DNA of 63,548 nucleotides, the filler included, from Welwitschia mirabilis (Eukaryota), in assembly GCA_051453625.1 (NCBI GenBank). It is 7 parts of one record of this genome, joined end to end, with 100 filler letters (N's around TTAATTAATTAA, not from the genome) between each part and the next. Parts side by side here need not be neighbours in the genome. Positions count along the whole stretch, not along the records: positions 34,246 to 47,458 come from JBOZIK010000001.1; positions 47,559 to 57,037 come from JBOZIK010000001.1; 5 more parts are not named here. One strand, given 5' to 3'. Shown here one piece after another: positions 38,856 through 53,033 of this stretch. Under the pieces are notes generated by a model, which saw nothing but the letters and a program-made list of their open reading frames with translations, ran no database searches and was not told the origin of the DNA. Within the stretch, counting starts at the first letter, position 1; each line of letters begins with the position of its first letter. A program made the translations under genes and the position numbers.

Positions 38856-40679
38856 AGTAGCTAAGGTTATTAGAATTATTTTTTAGCTCAACCTTATCTT
38901 GATTTTAAGACATCATTTCTCATCCTATTTTTAGAGTAAAACATAATGTATTGTAGCATATTCTTATAGATAGACTTCTATCACCCTTGTTAAATATAAT
39001 AAACATTTGTGATGAAATCAAAATAAATGAAACCCACATTAATAACTTTAATATTTAACAATGTTGAACTTCTTGAAAAATCTCATAATTATCATCTTTT
39101 ACATTTTATTTTACCCTTCCCCTCAAAAAAAAATGGCATGAAAAAAAAGTTAGTAAGAAAAATCATTAGAAAAAATGTAGAGAAACATAGAGAAAATTGG
39201 GTGCCAAAATGTAATTAAAAAATTAAAAAAAAGATCACCTAGTGGATTATTTATAAATATAAGATTATATGTATAATAATAAATTTAAATTTGTATGGGA
39301 TTGTATGTATTAATACTTAAAGTTTTCACACTATGCAGTAACTATTAATATTACCTACAATTAGAAGCCTACATGGATCTTAGGTATAATGTATTAGCTC
39401 ATGACTCTTTGAAAAGGGCCATCAAGAACTCAATAGTTCTCTTGTCAAGACCTCAAGAGTTCTCAATAGGAGTCTTTGGATCTTGAGCCACTCAATAATT
39501 TATATAAGTAATTATGAAGAAATAGAAGGCATGTATGACTACAAAAAGGAGAAAACTTTAAAGAGGTTATGGAGAATAACTCCTCCTATACTAATTATAT
39601 TAATAATTTTGGATTAAGTTAAAGTTTAATTTAAAATCTTAATTCTAGATTAATTAAGTTACTTAATCCAATAATTATTATAATTAGAAAAGGGTGAAAA
39701 ATCAAGGGGGTCATTGAGAATAACATCTCTTCTTTCATGAAAATTATATTTAACTAGACTAAGGTAATTTTGCTTATATAGTATTTTCATGTTTCTTGCA
39801 TGTGGCATGTTTCTAATTTCACATTTATCTTGTGTAGAAAATAAGAAGTATAAAAAGTAAAATATCCTAAATGGATCTTTAATTAATCGAAAATCTTCTC
39901 TTCATATTAAACTAGAACTATTTTAGTATCCTTTTAATAAATACCAAATCCTTCTACAAATGATCCTCAATACATTTTTAGAGATTAGGTTTTAAGAATG
40001 TTTTTTTTTAATTATTTGCTTATTAAATAAGTGAACACTTGTAAGATTCGCATGTATATTTATCATGCAATATTTTAATTATAAAACAGAAACTCATTAA
40101 ACCAATACATCAATCTTATCAACTTCTAATTCTTCCTCTAAGTAAGATCATCATGAGCACCCCACCTACTAGTTATTTAAATTCCCTCTTCCTTTTCTAA
40201 AGCTTTATTATAAATTCCAAAAGTGAAATATTATCTATTCAATTTTAAATTAACTTAAGTTAATGTTTACATTTAAAGTTAGAGCCCATATCTTCATAGA
40301 TTACTGTCAGGACTAAATCATGATGGAGCTTGTCCCATCAACTTATAAGTATATTTTTAAAGTCCTTTATATCTTAGATACTTGAATCACAGAAAATAAT
40401 ATAGAATAATTTTAAAATGAGGTAATTATTCGTATTTTCATCCCGTAATCGCTTTTAGTAGATGATTATCTGAAGCTAGGAACTAAAAAATTACATTGTC
40501 TATTAATTAAAGGAAATTAGCTTATGATATTTTACTTAGGAGGTTAATTAATTAACTTGAAGAGTTGAAAAAAGAATTAGTTAACTACAAGGTACAAATC
40601 TTAAACTTAGTCTGGCTACATTAAGCTTTAATAAAGAAAATATAGAAAAATTAGTATGAAATATAAAGGGGTATGCAAA

Positions 40680-42825
40680 TGTTTGAATGCACATTCCCAA
40701 GAGGTCTAGATGCTTATAGATCATAACTTTGTAGTGATTGAAATTTAAAACTAAATATACACTTAGTGATTAGTATTCTACAGGGATATATGTAATAACT
40801 TAATTAAAAAAAAATGCAAATTCTAACTTGCAATGAAAAACTTAAACACAAATTGCTAATGCCAAAATGATTATGCAATAATAATAAAAGAATGAATCAC
40901 ACTTAGAATTAACCCTACCTAAATATTGCTAATGCTAAATTAATATGCAATAATAATGAAAGGATTTAAACTAATTCAAGAAATGGTCCTATTTAAATAT
41001 TCCTAATGTCAAGTAAAATGCGAAATAATAATGAAAGGGTTTAAACCAATTCTTTATTAAAACTAAAATAAATCAATTTTACATTAATCATGGAGGAGAA
41101 GAATAAGAACTCCTCAACTCTCCTTAAATCATTTCATCCCCAAAAAAGATGATCAGAGCACCATTACATCCTAGCCTTTAAGTATTTCCCATATTTAACT
41201 AACTAAAAGATCTTTATAATGGGTGCTTAAGGCCCTATTTTGGGGAGCTACATCATAATTCTATTAAGTTGTAATTAAATAAGATGGATTACTTAAGGGC
41301 AATTGCATAAAAGTAAGTTATAATTATTTGACATGTAGCCACAAATAGGATTTCTTTATCTTCTCATGTAAACATGATGATGACATATCCTCTAGATGCT
41401 AATGATGCTGTCAGCAGATACCATGTTATATATCTTCCATGTAGTAATCCTTTTTTGTGCCAGAAATCACTCAGAGGTATCATTTTATACTTTTTTCATG
41501 TGTCATCAGGTTTGAAGATTTATTTTGAATTAATTCTTTCTTATACCATAAGGTAAAGGTGATGAATTCTCTAAAATAATGTAAGAACATGATTTGTCCA
41601 TCAGTTTACCTCAAAAAGCTAGTGGCACCAGTGATCCTAGCTAGTGGCATCGATGTTTGGTGCTATTATTTGTTTAGTTTGTGCGTAGGCCTTTTCCAGG
41701 TAGCAATTAACTTGTGAATGTTAAGGAAAGTTAATGATTTCATGAAATGTAATAAAAAGAGCAAAAATCATTAATATGTAATAAAACAATTAATTTAATT
41801 TTTCTTCCTATGCTAAATTAATCTATTACACTTTCTTATAATGTCAACTTTAGGATGTAAACACATCCCTTAACTAGACTTTTTCTAGACTCTTAGCAAA
41901 ACACTAATAACGAAATGGTGTTATGGAAAAAATTGAATAAGTAAAAATGGCAAGTAAGAAAATAAAATGATATTTTTATAGAAATTAAAAAAACATTTAG
42001 TGAAAATGGATGTCATACTCATAACCAAAATTAAACTTTATCCTCAAAGTTATAAAGGTAGAAACTTTAATATAAGTTTTTTAAGAACAATTTAATTACA
42101 TGGCTAGTAAATAATTTCATGAATGTATTTGTGGAAAAGAATGCAAAGTTTAACTAGAATGCAATCTTTAGGGAGTACAAAATATGCAACCTAATGAAAA
42201 TTTTCATTATTCATAGATTAAAAAGATAGATTTTCTGAATTAATGACCACATTTATTAAAACTTTATTAAATTTTATTTCAAATGTGTTACATTATTAAT
42301 CAAATAAGATATCATCTAAGTAATCCTATAAGTAATCAAAAATCAATTAAAAAAATTCTCATGTACATAAGTTAAAGAAAGTAATCGTAAAAGACTCTAC
42401 CAAATTTCACCTTTTTCATTTGAATTTATCTTTTTCTACAATTATGCTTTATTCTTTATTTAAGCATTTAATCAAATTGGGCATTCAATGTTATGATATC
42501 TCCTTCCAATAAAGTTAAGCACATTAAAATATAAAGGAGATGATGTTGCATTGCCAGTAAGAATTTATAGCTCAATGCAGTTGAACATGTCATAAATTAA
42601 ATTGTTAGAGTTGCATTACATGTGAACATCCATAGGCTTAATGTACTTAAATAAATAGAACTTTTAACTTATTAATAATTAATGATCTTTTAGAAAGGAT
42701 ATATTTCATGTTCTTTTTAATCAGCTTTCTCATATTTAACAATTTTTTAATGCACATAAAAGGGTTATTGGCTCATTGGCCTAAATAAGATAATTCTTAT
42801 TCCCATAAAATGCTATGAAAAGAAT
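40680..42825 (-). mobile_element. Athila-like family B 3' internal region, PPT and LTR (LTR starts 41863; lower end uncertain)
   Basis: Minus strand ttttgctaagagtctagaaaagtctagttaagggatg-TGTTTACATCC is an Athila-like pre-LTR/PPT motif. Homologous to 19250-20600. Confidence 0.55.
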
Positions 42826-45800
42826 TGTTGCATTGCTAAATTGTATGTATTTAATAGAGTATTTTAAGTAGTTTTATAGTAGATTAGGCAGGTTTAAAAT
42901 AAGTTTTGATGATAACAGAGAGCTAAGATAAATGTTACAAAAACATACAATCTTCATTACATTTAACAACATTTAAAGCAATTTACAATACTTATTATCT
43001 AAAGAAATAGTTCTATAATTGAAAAGGCTAATATGACATATGAAATACTTTAAAAATCCTATTGTCCATCTCATTATTTGAGCAACATTACACATAATAG
43101 AAAAACTTAAGTACAAAAGGATGTTTACTAAACCAAATCTAGTAGTTGATGTGGAACTCTTATGATGTGGCATCATCTCTTGTGATATTTGGACAACAAT
43201 AAAGATGACACTTGAGATAAATGATCTACCAAACTTCACCAAACTCTAGCTATTTATCTTACACTTTCTTGCATGGTTGTTAGGGTTGTTTACACATCTA
43301 TCAATCTTTTTTAATTTTAGAATTCATTTGAAATAAATATCTCCTCTACCTTCGACTCCATTTTCATCTTGTTTTGCATCATAAATTCTTATGAGAGGAG
43401 ATTAGAGGGTCAAAGGTTCATCCATTATTATTGTAGAGAGACATCTTCCTTGGTATTGGGTTGTGTATCCTTCATTGAGGTGCTACTACTTTGTAACATG
43501 AATGTTGATTCACTTTTAGTTAAAACTCTTTTTTCCCCTCATATATTTTATTTTGTGTATCACCCTTATGGTTTATATTATCTATAATTCTATAATAGCT
43601 TCTTTGATGATATAGATCATGACAGCAACCTTTGTTAAGATTAACATTATCAATTTAGGTGCATTACATTTTGTTTCCTAGATTAGCTTTGCATTTCCTT
43701 TTCTAGCTTAGNNNNNNNNNNNNNNNNNNNNNNNNNNNNNNNNNNNNNNNNNNNNNNNNNNNNNNNNNNNNNNNNNNNNNNNNNNNNNNNNNNNNNNNNN
43801 NNNNNNNNNNNTAGATCATGACAGCAACCTTTGTTAAGATTAACATTATCAATTTAGGTGCATTACATTTTGTTTACTAGATTAGCTTTGCATTTCATTT
43901 TCTAGCTTAGGTTGGTTTTGATCTAGTAATAACTTTTCTTGATTAATCTATGTTATATAAGACTGACCTCTATGACAAGTTCATTTGGTAATTGGACAGA
44001 AGCTGCATTTAGTTTAGTCTTATATAGTGTGTTTATTTGCATTATTATTTTGCATTGTTATTTCATTCTACTTTGAGGATACAACATTTCATTTATGAAA
44101 TCAATTCTATTTTTTTTCTTGTCTATGCCTTTAATGAGATTATAACATTTGGGTTACTCCCATCTATATTAGTGTATTATGTTATGAAAAATCTATATAT
44201 ATTAATAACTTACAGATCTATTTTAGGATGTTACGTTTACATAAAGATGCACCATAACATCTTAGCACCATTGTTGGAAAAGGCTACTTAGAGTTTGAGG
44301 ATTATCATTACTTAAGTAAGTGCTTTGGATTCTAGTTTATGTATTTATTATAGTAGAACTTTTGGTTTTCTTTCTACGTTTTTCATTTTATGTTCTAAAA
44401 TAAAAGCTCTATTGTCCTCTTAGTCATCTAAACAACACATAGTGATAATGGCCTATGTACCTTAGGTCTTTCATTTTTTTTAAGAACTAGGGTTTTCTTA
44501 TCATCCCCTCTGTCATCCAGAAACTTAAAGGATAACTGTCTATTTTCATTCTATATTATTTTGTAATTTTATTTTTTTGCAGCTTTCATTTTTTAGGTTT
44601 TTTGCATATGCTATCATCTAAGTATATCGTCCATATGATCAAAAAGATGATCCATACAAAAATAGAATTGAGCATGTTAGGACATGATAAATTCTGATAA
44701 AAAAGCAAAATATCAATGAGAGTAATTATTCATCAAAGAAAACATCTAATAAGGATTGTTTGACTATGAACTTAACCTAAGTATGTGCATCATAGGTATG
44801 CAAAATATTTTTAAAAATTAGAAAGAACGTTTTTCTACATTTATTATTTCATAATCTGATTTTTCAAAATAAAATTTTTCAAAATACAGTTAGAAGAAAG
44901 TAATTTTATTATAATGTCAAATTCATCTCAAAAAAAGAAATAGGTTGCTTCACCTAATATCCCTATTATTATCAAAACCTCTAGTACTACCCCAATAAAT
45001 CCTACTGCTAATATCATCCTTACAAAACTTATAACAAACAAGAAACTTGAAATTCAAACCCCTTTTTTCCTACCTCTTAGAGGTAATGTTAAGTTAAGAA
45101 ATTTAAATTCTTATCCTGTTTTTAATGAATAGAATAATAAAGATACCCTTCAACATCTAGTTGACATTGAATAATTGGTATTTACTTGCAAAAAATGGTA
45201 AAAATCAAATTAGTGATCTTACTTATATGGGTATTTTTCAATCACGTTAAAAGGAAAAGCTAAACTATGGTTAAGAACTATACTACATAAAAGTTTAAAA
45301 ACATGGAAACAAGCCTAAGATGTATTTATAAAAATATTTATGAGTGAAACAATCATAAGAAAAAAAAGAAAAAACTAAAAAATTTTCAATAATAACATAA
45401 TGAAGGTTATGCCTTCACTTATGATTGGTTTTTCATTGCCATACATTCTAACCTTATAGATGCTTCACTCAAGAAGAATTAGTAAATTATTTATACAGTG
45501 GAATTAATAGCCAAATCAAACAACTTGTAGATTTTTCATGTGGAGGAAACTTGATGAATCTCACATTAAAAAAATGCATGGAAAGTGTTGGAAGAGCTAG
45601 TAGATGTAAATAAAACATACCCTAAACTAACAGCTTAAAAAAATAATACAGTAGAACAAATCATAAAAGATCTTAAAGAAGTTAAACAAGTAAACAAGGA
45701 AGTGAAAACAGAGAAAGAACTAATGAATGTTATTAAGAATTTCACTACAATACTAGAAAAATACCCTCAAATGATCTTAGATGCTAAAATGACAATTAAA

Positions 45801-47458
45801 AAGAGTGCAATTATGGTTCCAAATTGTAATTTATATGAATACAACTATCATATAATAAAATATTATCCTTTACTATCTAATGATAAAGAAAAGATTTATA
45901 ATTAAGTGTGTGCATTCAATCAAAAATCTTCAAACTTTAAAACACAAAATAAAAATCAAAATTAAAATCAATTTTAACCTAGTTTGAATGCACAACCAAA
46001 TTTTTACTCCTTTGAAAATAAATTTAAAAACTTTCAAGCAAATCATCCAAACTTTTAACCATTTAGAAATAGATTTAAGAAAGCTAACTTTCAAACAAAC
46101 AATTCAAGCTTGCAACTAAATAACTCAAATTATCAAGCAAGCATACCAAACTCACAAAATCAAAATGATTTAATTAGAGATTTTATTGATGAGTTAAGAA
46201 AATATTAAGAGAAAACTAACTCAAACATTAAAAATCTTGTTAATGTTCTACAATAAAATATGCTTGTTAACCAAAGACCACAAGGATTACTTAGAATACA
46301 ATGTTAACCCAGTCCTAACAAAACAAAAAAGATTTTAAGATTATGATGAGAAGTGGAAATGATATAATACCTCCTATCCAAAAGGCTTTAATGTCTTAAA
46401 ATGATAAAAATGATTAAAAAGAAAATGATATATAAATCTTACAAAATCATAGTTTTTCTTCTCCTATAAATGATGATATGAAAAATTCTTCTCAAGATAA
46501 AGGTAAGAAGTTTGATACCCCTTAGCTTGATATATTAAACATCAATCCTACTTATGATGAATATCTTAAAGCCTTAATGCAAAATGTAAGTATAAATTTA
46601 CCATTTTATAATCTTTTCAAGAAAATCCAAAATATTCTAAGTTGTGGAAAGATCTATTTAGGAGGGAAAAGAATGAATTATATTTAATAAAGTCTTCCTA
46701 GCCTAATCTATAATCAATTCGGGTCTAGTAACTATTAGTTTTACATTAGAAGGAAATAAAAAATAAACAAATCCTTAATCAATATAGGATAAAATGTTAA
46801 TATTATACCCTTACACATTTGTCAACAACTTGGTTTGGAAGGTAGAATTGAGCCTACAAGAATTGCTTAAAATTGGCAAATACATCAGTGAAGAAAGCTT
46901 TAGGGATAATTAAATATTTGGTGATTTAAATTGAAGAAGCATTCTATTTAATAAATGTGGTTATGATTAAAGTAGAGCATAACATAAGTTATCCATTACT
47001 TCTAGGTAGAGCTTTTTGTGTAACAATCCATTATATTATCAATACTAGAACTAAAATGATGGAACGTCACTTAAGAAATAAAAAATTTACCATTAGAGTA
47101 TTTGATGCTACTGAAAAGGATTAGTTAATGAGTTGAAATATTGAAGGAGAAATTAAGCTTAGTTTATTATTATGGGATCGTCTACTTGAAGAAAGATAAT
47201 TAATGCTTTATGAGCCTACCTTATTTGATGACCCACTTGAAGTTATAAACTTGAAATCCTTTGATGACAATTAAGTTAACTATTAGTATTTACAATTTTT
47301 ATCAAGAGAGTAGAAAAACTAAAACTATAAATTGTGAAAAAGTCCAAAATCTAAACAAATGTAAGATTTTCTATTTTAAAGGAGGTCGTCCACTCCAGTC
47401 ATCTAGATGACTATCTAAGACGATAATCAGTTTTGATAAAATTTAATAGAAAATAAAA
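42826..47458 (+). mobile_element. Athila-like family A element: 5' LTR 42826-44259, PBS 44263-44280, gag-protease remnant ~44914-47100
   Basis: LTR TGTTGCATTGC...GCACCATAACA; PBS TAGCACCATTGTTGGAAA. Gag is homologous to 21960-22650. Protease reads NVNIIPLHICQQLGL...KLANTSVKKALGII...PLLLGRAF. Confidence 0.85.
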
Positions 47459-47558
47459 NNNNNNNNNNNNNNNNNNNNNNNNNNNNNNNNNNNNNNNNNN
47501 NNTTAATTAATTAANNNNNNNNNNNNNNNNNNNNNNNNNNNNNNNNNNNNNNNNNNNN

Positions 47559-49850
47559 CTTATTTGTATGCCCAAATAATATGAAAGATGTCCAAGATCA
47601 GTCATCTCAAATTCCTTCATCATATCACTTCTAAAGTTTTCTATCAATCTGTCATCATTACCAGCAAAAATAATATCATTCACATAAATCAAAACAAATT
47701 TTTTTTCCATTTGCTTCCTTCTTGTAAAGTGTGTTGTCTGAAGAGCACTTGATATATCCTTATTGCTTTAGGTAGTGGTTCAGTCTAGAAAACCATGCTC
47801 ATGGTGCCTGTTTTAAACCATACAAAGCCCTTTTAAGTAAATAAACATAACTTTCTTTACCTGACACAACGAAACCTTTAGGCTGTGAGATGCAATGAGT
47901 AAAATGTCGGCACATTAAAATGTTGGCAGGCTTAAAAAGTCATGTCGGGGATACATGTCGCCATTGTGTCAGCAATATGTCTACGCAAAATGTCGGCAAT
48001 TGTTTTTCTTAAAAAAAAGGCAAAGCTTATTAATTTAATAAGATGTGCAATCAATCAATTCTCTACTAGCAAAAATGGATTTTGCATAAGAAAATTGTGA
48101 TTTTCCCCTTAGTTTTACTCACTATTCACTAGTCTGTTGCACTAAAAATGGTTTTTTTAGCCAGAAAATAGTTTTAATGGTACCTGTGCGAGACATTTTG
48201 AAAAAGTCGGCAACATGTCGGCAAAAAGTTGGAAATGTCAGAAATGTCACCGATTTTTTCAAAATGTCGGCTGAAAATGTCAGCCAATTTAAAGACATTT
48301 TCAATTTGATGGCGACATGTCACGACATTTTAATCATTGGTGAGATGTATACTTCCTCATCAAGATGACCATTTAAGAAGGCTAATTTCACATCCATCTG
48401 GCATACTGTTATTTTCATTTTAGCAGTAAAGGCAAGAAAGGCTTTTACTGATTCTAATCTGGCCACAGGTGAATATGTTTTACCATAATCGATTCCTGCT
48501 TCCTGCACATATCCTTTGACCACAAGTAGCCTTATATTTATTAATGGTGTCATCTAGATTATAGTTTGTCTTATAAATCCATTTTGTACCAATAATATTT
48601 TTACCTTTTGCACAAGGAGCCAGGATCGAAGTTTTGATTCTTCTCTTTATGGTTAATCTCCTCCTTCAATTGCCTCCACCCAATGTGGGAAATCTTTTGC
48701 TTCTTTGTATCTGATCGGATCTGCTTGCATAACTTTGGTATTCAAAGCCAAGTGCTCTTTTATCAAGTCTCTCCTTTTGCTCTCATCACATAAAGCTAAA
48801 TAGGCAGATTCTGTTGTTTGTCTTCTCGTTTTAACTTCATCTAGAGAAGTGCCTATGATGTTTTNNNNNNNNNNNNNNNNNNNNNNNNNNNNNNNNNNNN
48901 NNNNNNNNNNNNNNNNNNNNNNNNNNNNNNNNNNNNNNNNNNNNNNNNNNNNNNNNNNNNNNNNAATGGTGTCATTTGGATTATACTTTGTCCTATAAAT
49001 CCATTTTGTACCAATAATATTTTTACCTTTTGGACAAGGAGCCAGGATCGAAGTTTTGATTCTTCTCTATATGGTTAATCTCCTCCTTCATTGCCTCCAC
49101 CCAATGTGGGAAATCTTTTTCTTCTTTGTATCTGATTGGATCTACTTGCATAACTTTGGCATTCAAAGCCAAGTGCTCTTTTATCAAGTCTCTCCTTTTG
49201 CTCTCATCGCATAAAGCTAAACAGGCAGATTCTATTGTTTGTCTTCTCGTTTTAACTTCATCTAGAGAAGTGCCTATGATGTTTTATGGCTCATTATAGA
49301 TTTGTAGCCTTTTGTGCTTTTCCATTAAAGGGACATGCTTATCATCTATGATATCTAGTAAATCAAACACATTTTCTATGGTGGGTATAACCTTATTTAC
49401 AAGCTTAACATTGTTATGCTCATCGGAGGAAGGATTACTTGAGGCAAAGTTTGGGCATTTTTCCCTTCTTTCTCCACAAATCTAACATCAATACTTTCAA
49501 TTACTTTATTTTTTTAGGGGATCATAGCACCTAAAGGCTTTACTATTAGGAGAATATCCCACAAAAGTGCATTCAACTAATTGGGCATCTAATTTATCTT
49601 GACCTGGTTTTACAATCATCACAAAACATTTAGTTCCAAAAATCTTTAAATGAGATAGATTGGATTTATGACCATACAACATTTCATAAGGTGTCGAATT
49701 CTTCAAATTCTTTGTGATCGCCCTGTTTTGTATATAATTTGCTGTATGTATGGCTTCACCCCAAAATCTTTTACCCAAACTTGCATCTAGCATCATAGAT
49801 CTAGCCATATTCATCAATGTTCTGTTTTTTCTCTCTGCCACTCCATTTTG
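47559..49850 (-). pseudogene. Ty1/copia pol remnant: integrase core and RT
   Basis: Integrase QNGVAERKNRTLMNMARSM..FWGEAIHTANY. RT QEAGIDYGKTYSPVARLES, QMDVKLAFLNG, ALYGLKQAP and IYVNDIIF. Confidence 0.93.
47893..48339. mobile_element. hAT-superfamily MITE (447 bp)
   Basis: 17-bp TIRs CAATGAGTAAAATGTCG / CGACATTTTAATCATTG (1 mismatch). Perfect 8-bp TSD GTGAGATG at 47885-47892 and 48340-48347. Subterminal ATGTCGG repeats. Removal restores EEVYISQPKGF. Confidence 0.93.
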
Positions 49851-50099
49851 NNNNNNNNNNNNNNNNNNNNNNNNNNNNNNNNNNNNNNNNNNNNNNNNNN
49901 NNNNNNNNNNNNNNNNNNNNNNNNNNNNNNNNNNNNNNNNNNNNNNNNNNTTAGATTCATTCACACCCATGCTCACCATTGGGATCATGGCCAACATGAA
50001 AGTCGGTCTTCAACATAATCAATCATGGAGGGCTTAGCGTGAGGATTTTATGTCAACCAAGTAGATTTATGGTTATTAGAAGGATTTTTTTAGCACACT

Positions 50100-52933
50100 T
50101 TTGTGATGCCAAATTGTATGTTTTTGATGGGATATTTTATGTAGTTTTGCAGGACATTTAGATAGGTTTAAGCATAAAATGATGATTATTAAGAGTCAAA
50201 GAGAAAATCATGAAAATGTGCAAATACGAGTACATTTGGAGGCATTTTAAACTAACTATAATACTTTACATTTTAAGGAGGAATTAATGAGCTTAAAGGC
50301 TAATTTAACTTCATAAATAGCTTCAAGAAGGCTGTCATCCCTCCCATTATCTGGATGACCATTAGGATAATACCATTTGCATGCTGATTGGACCAACATA
50401 AAGGCTAACTTATGTAATGCATCATGTGCTTCCTAAGAATCTGTTATGTTTTACCTCGTCTACTAGATTTGCTATTTTTAAGTCTATTATTATTAATAAA
50501 TACTACCTTTATCCTCAACTCTGATCGTCTTTGTTGCAAAATTTTCATGATAGGAAATTGAAAGGCTGAAGGCCTATTCATTAGTTACAGAGAGGGCTCT
50601 TCATTAGTGTTGAACTGTGTCTCTTTCATTAAGGTGTTGCTACTTTGTAACAGGATGTTGAATCAGCTTTTAACAGAAATCTTATTTTAGTTTTATTCAT
50701 ATTCATGTGCATGTCTCTTATGGTTTTTGTTTCTTATAATTCTATCACAACTTCATTTGTAATATCGGTCATTAAAGGCAACCTTTGTTAAGGCTGAAAA
50801 CATTAGTTTACGACTTGCATTGAACTTTCTATTTCATAGATTAATCATTGCATGTTTTTCATAATTTGTTTGACGTACTTGGTAACCAAGGTTGACTTTG
50901 GTTAGTGACACATTCCTTGATTGATATAGGTTATACAAGGCTAATCTAGTAATAGGGATTTGGTAGTTGGACAGATATTGCATTTAGAGTAGTTTTCGTT
51001 TTGCATTCGCATTGTGTGTTTACTTTTCTTGCATTATTAATTTTCATTTTGAACCTTTACTTCATGAAAAGCATTTTGCTTTCTTTTCACCTAGTGCCTT
51101 TGATGGATTTTGAAGTTTGGGTCCAGTCCCATCTATATTAGTATGTTGTATTTGTATATATATTTGTGACTAACATGATTTGACTAAGGATGTAACGTTT
51201 GCATAAATACACATTGTAACATCTTGGTGCCATTACTAGAAAAGGCTGCAAGGATTTTGAGGATTGTTGTTACCCAGATAAGTGCTTTGGATTTCAATTT
51301 AAGTATTTATTTGTGGTAGCATTGTATTTTTACTATAAATATTGTAGTTTTTCCTTTTGCCTTTTTTTTGCCTTTTTTATTTTTTATTTTATATTTTTTG
51401 AGCCTATCATCCTTTTTGTTATTCAGATGACACAGACGAATAATGACCTAGGGTTATGATTTTCTTTTTTTTTTATAGGTTTTTTAAGTTTTCTGCTGCA
51501 TAATAAGCCAATACCATCTCCTTTATTATCTGGATGACACTGGAAGATGACTAACAACATGTTTCTACTTGGTTTTTGGTGCTTATCTTTTCTATTTTAT
51601 CTGTATTTTTTGTTTTTTTTTTGTTTTCTAGTCATCTAGGATATTTTCTAGATAATGAACAAGACGATAAATAGGCAGACATTTTACTGAGCATGTAGGA
51701 ATGTGATAAATTTGGTAAAAAGCTAAAATATCTGAGAGAATGAAGTTAAATCAGAAAAATATCAGAAAAGGCTTGCTTGATAAAAAATAAAATACAGATC
51801 GCACATCCAGGTACATAATTTTCAAGATTTAAAGAAATTTTTTCTATTTTTGTGATTCTAGAATCAAAATTTTCAAATAGCAGTAGTGAAAATAATAGAA
51901 TAGGAGAAAAATCATTTTATCCCCTTCTTAGTAATGAATAGTATTATTGCAAAACATGATAGAACCCTCTAGTTCAAATAAAAATATTACGGTAGGAGAT
52001 ATAATGACTAGAAGCAGACATAAAAAAGAAAAAGCTTGTAACTTATCTCCTAATGATGATTTAGAACTTAAAACTGAGAATTCTTCTTGTTCATCCCTCC
52101 CATCCACTACTAGAAATAATGATAAAAAACCACTATGAGAAATTGTGGTTGAAATGAGAGCTAATAAAAGGAGGAGAAAACATAAAGTTCTAATTATAAT
52201 GGAAATAAAACACTTAGGGAAATATTTTAAGAATAATTCTGGGGAACTTCAAATGATGTTGAAACTATGACCCCTTCCTCTTTTTAAACTTATTATTTTT
52301 CCCCTCATTCTTTTCAAACATCAAATGAAAATAACATAAATGATTTACAACATTTTAGAGACTCCATCTCATCTAGTGAAACATCCTACAGTCATTTTCG
52401 TTAATCTCAATCATCTCCCATGAGTCATTCTGAAGAACAACCATCTTCCGTAAGTTATTATGAAGAACAAACATCTCCATACATTATGTTGAAGAAGAAA
52501 GATCTATCTACCACAAGTTACTATAAAAAAAGAAATAACTCAGCAACAAAAATGCTTAAGGAAATGAAAATGAGGCAAGAAAATACCAACAAGAACTTAG
52601 AAAATTTGATAAGAATATTTCAATAAAATTTATTAAAAATTCAAAAATTTCAAGGTTCTTTTACACAAAAAATCTATCCTGCTACATTCCACTTTGAAAA
52701 ACATGAGGAGAACTTTAAAATAACAATTAACTATAATTCTTGCTTCAATATAGAAAATGAAAGTATGGATCAACCTACAACACCAAATTTATTAGGAGAT
52801 GGACAACAAAAGAAAAACAATGATGATTCAAATCTATTATTTATTAATAAGAATGAATATGATTATTTCTCAGATGATAAGATAGGTTATAACCCTATTC
52901 AATTAATATTAGAGAATAAAGATGAAATAAAAG
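50100..52933 (+). mobile_element. Family A 5' LTR (~50100-51221), PBS (51225-51242) and pol-less internal region, copy 1
   Basis: LTR ends match other family A copies; PBS TGGTGCCATTACTAGAAA. Internal N/E/K/S-rich ORF remnants begin near 51930. Confidence 0.8.
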
Positions 52934-53033
52934 NNNNNNNNNNNNNNNNNNNNNNNNNNNNNNNNNNNNNNNNNNNNNNNNNNNNNNNNNNNNNNNNNNN
53001 NNNNNNNNNNNNNNNNNNNNNNNNNNNNNNNNN

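Noticed and set aside
48122-48368. Short ORFs as transposase
   Set aside because: They translate MITE subterminal repeats; no transposase motifs.
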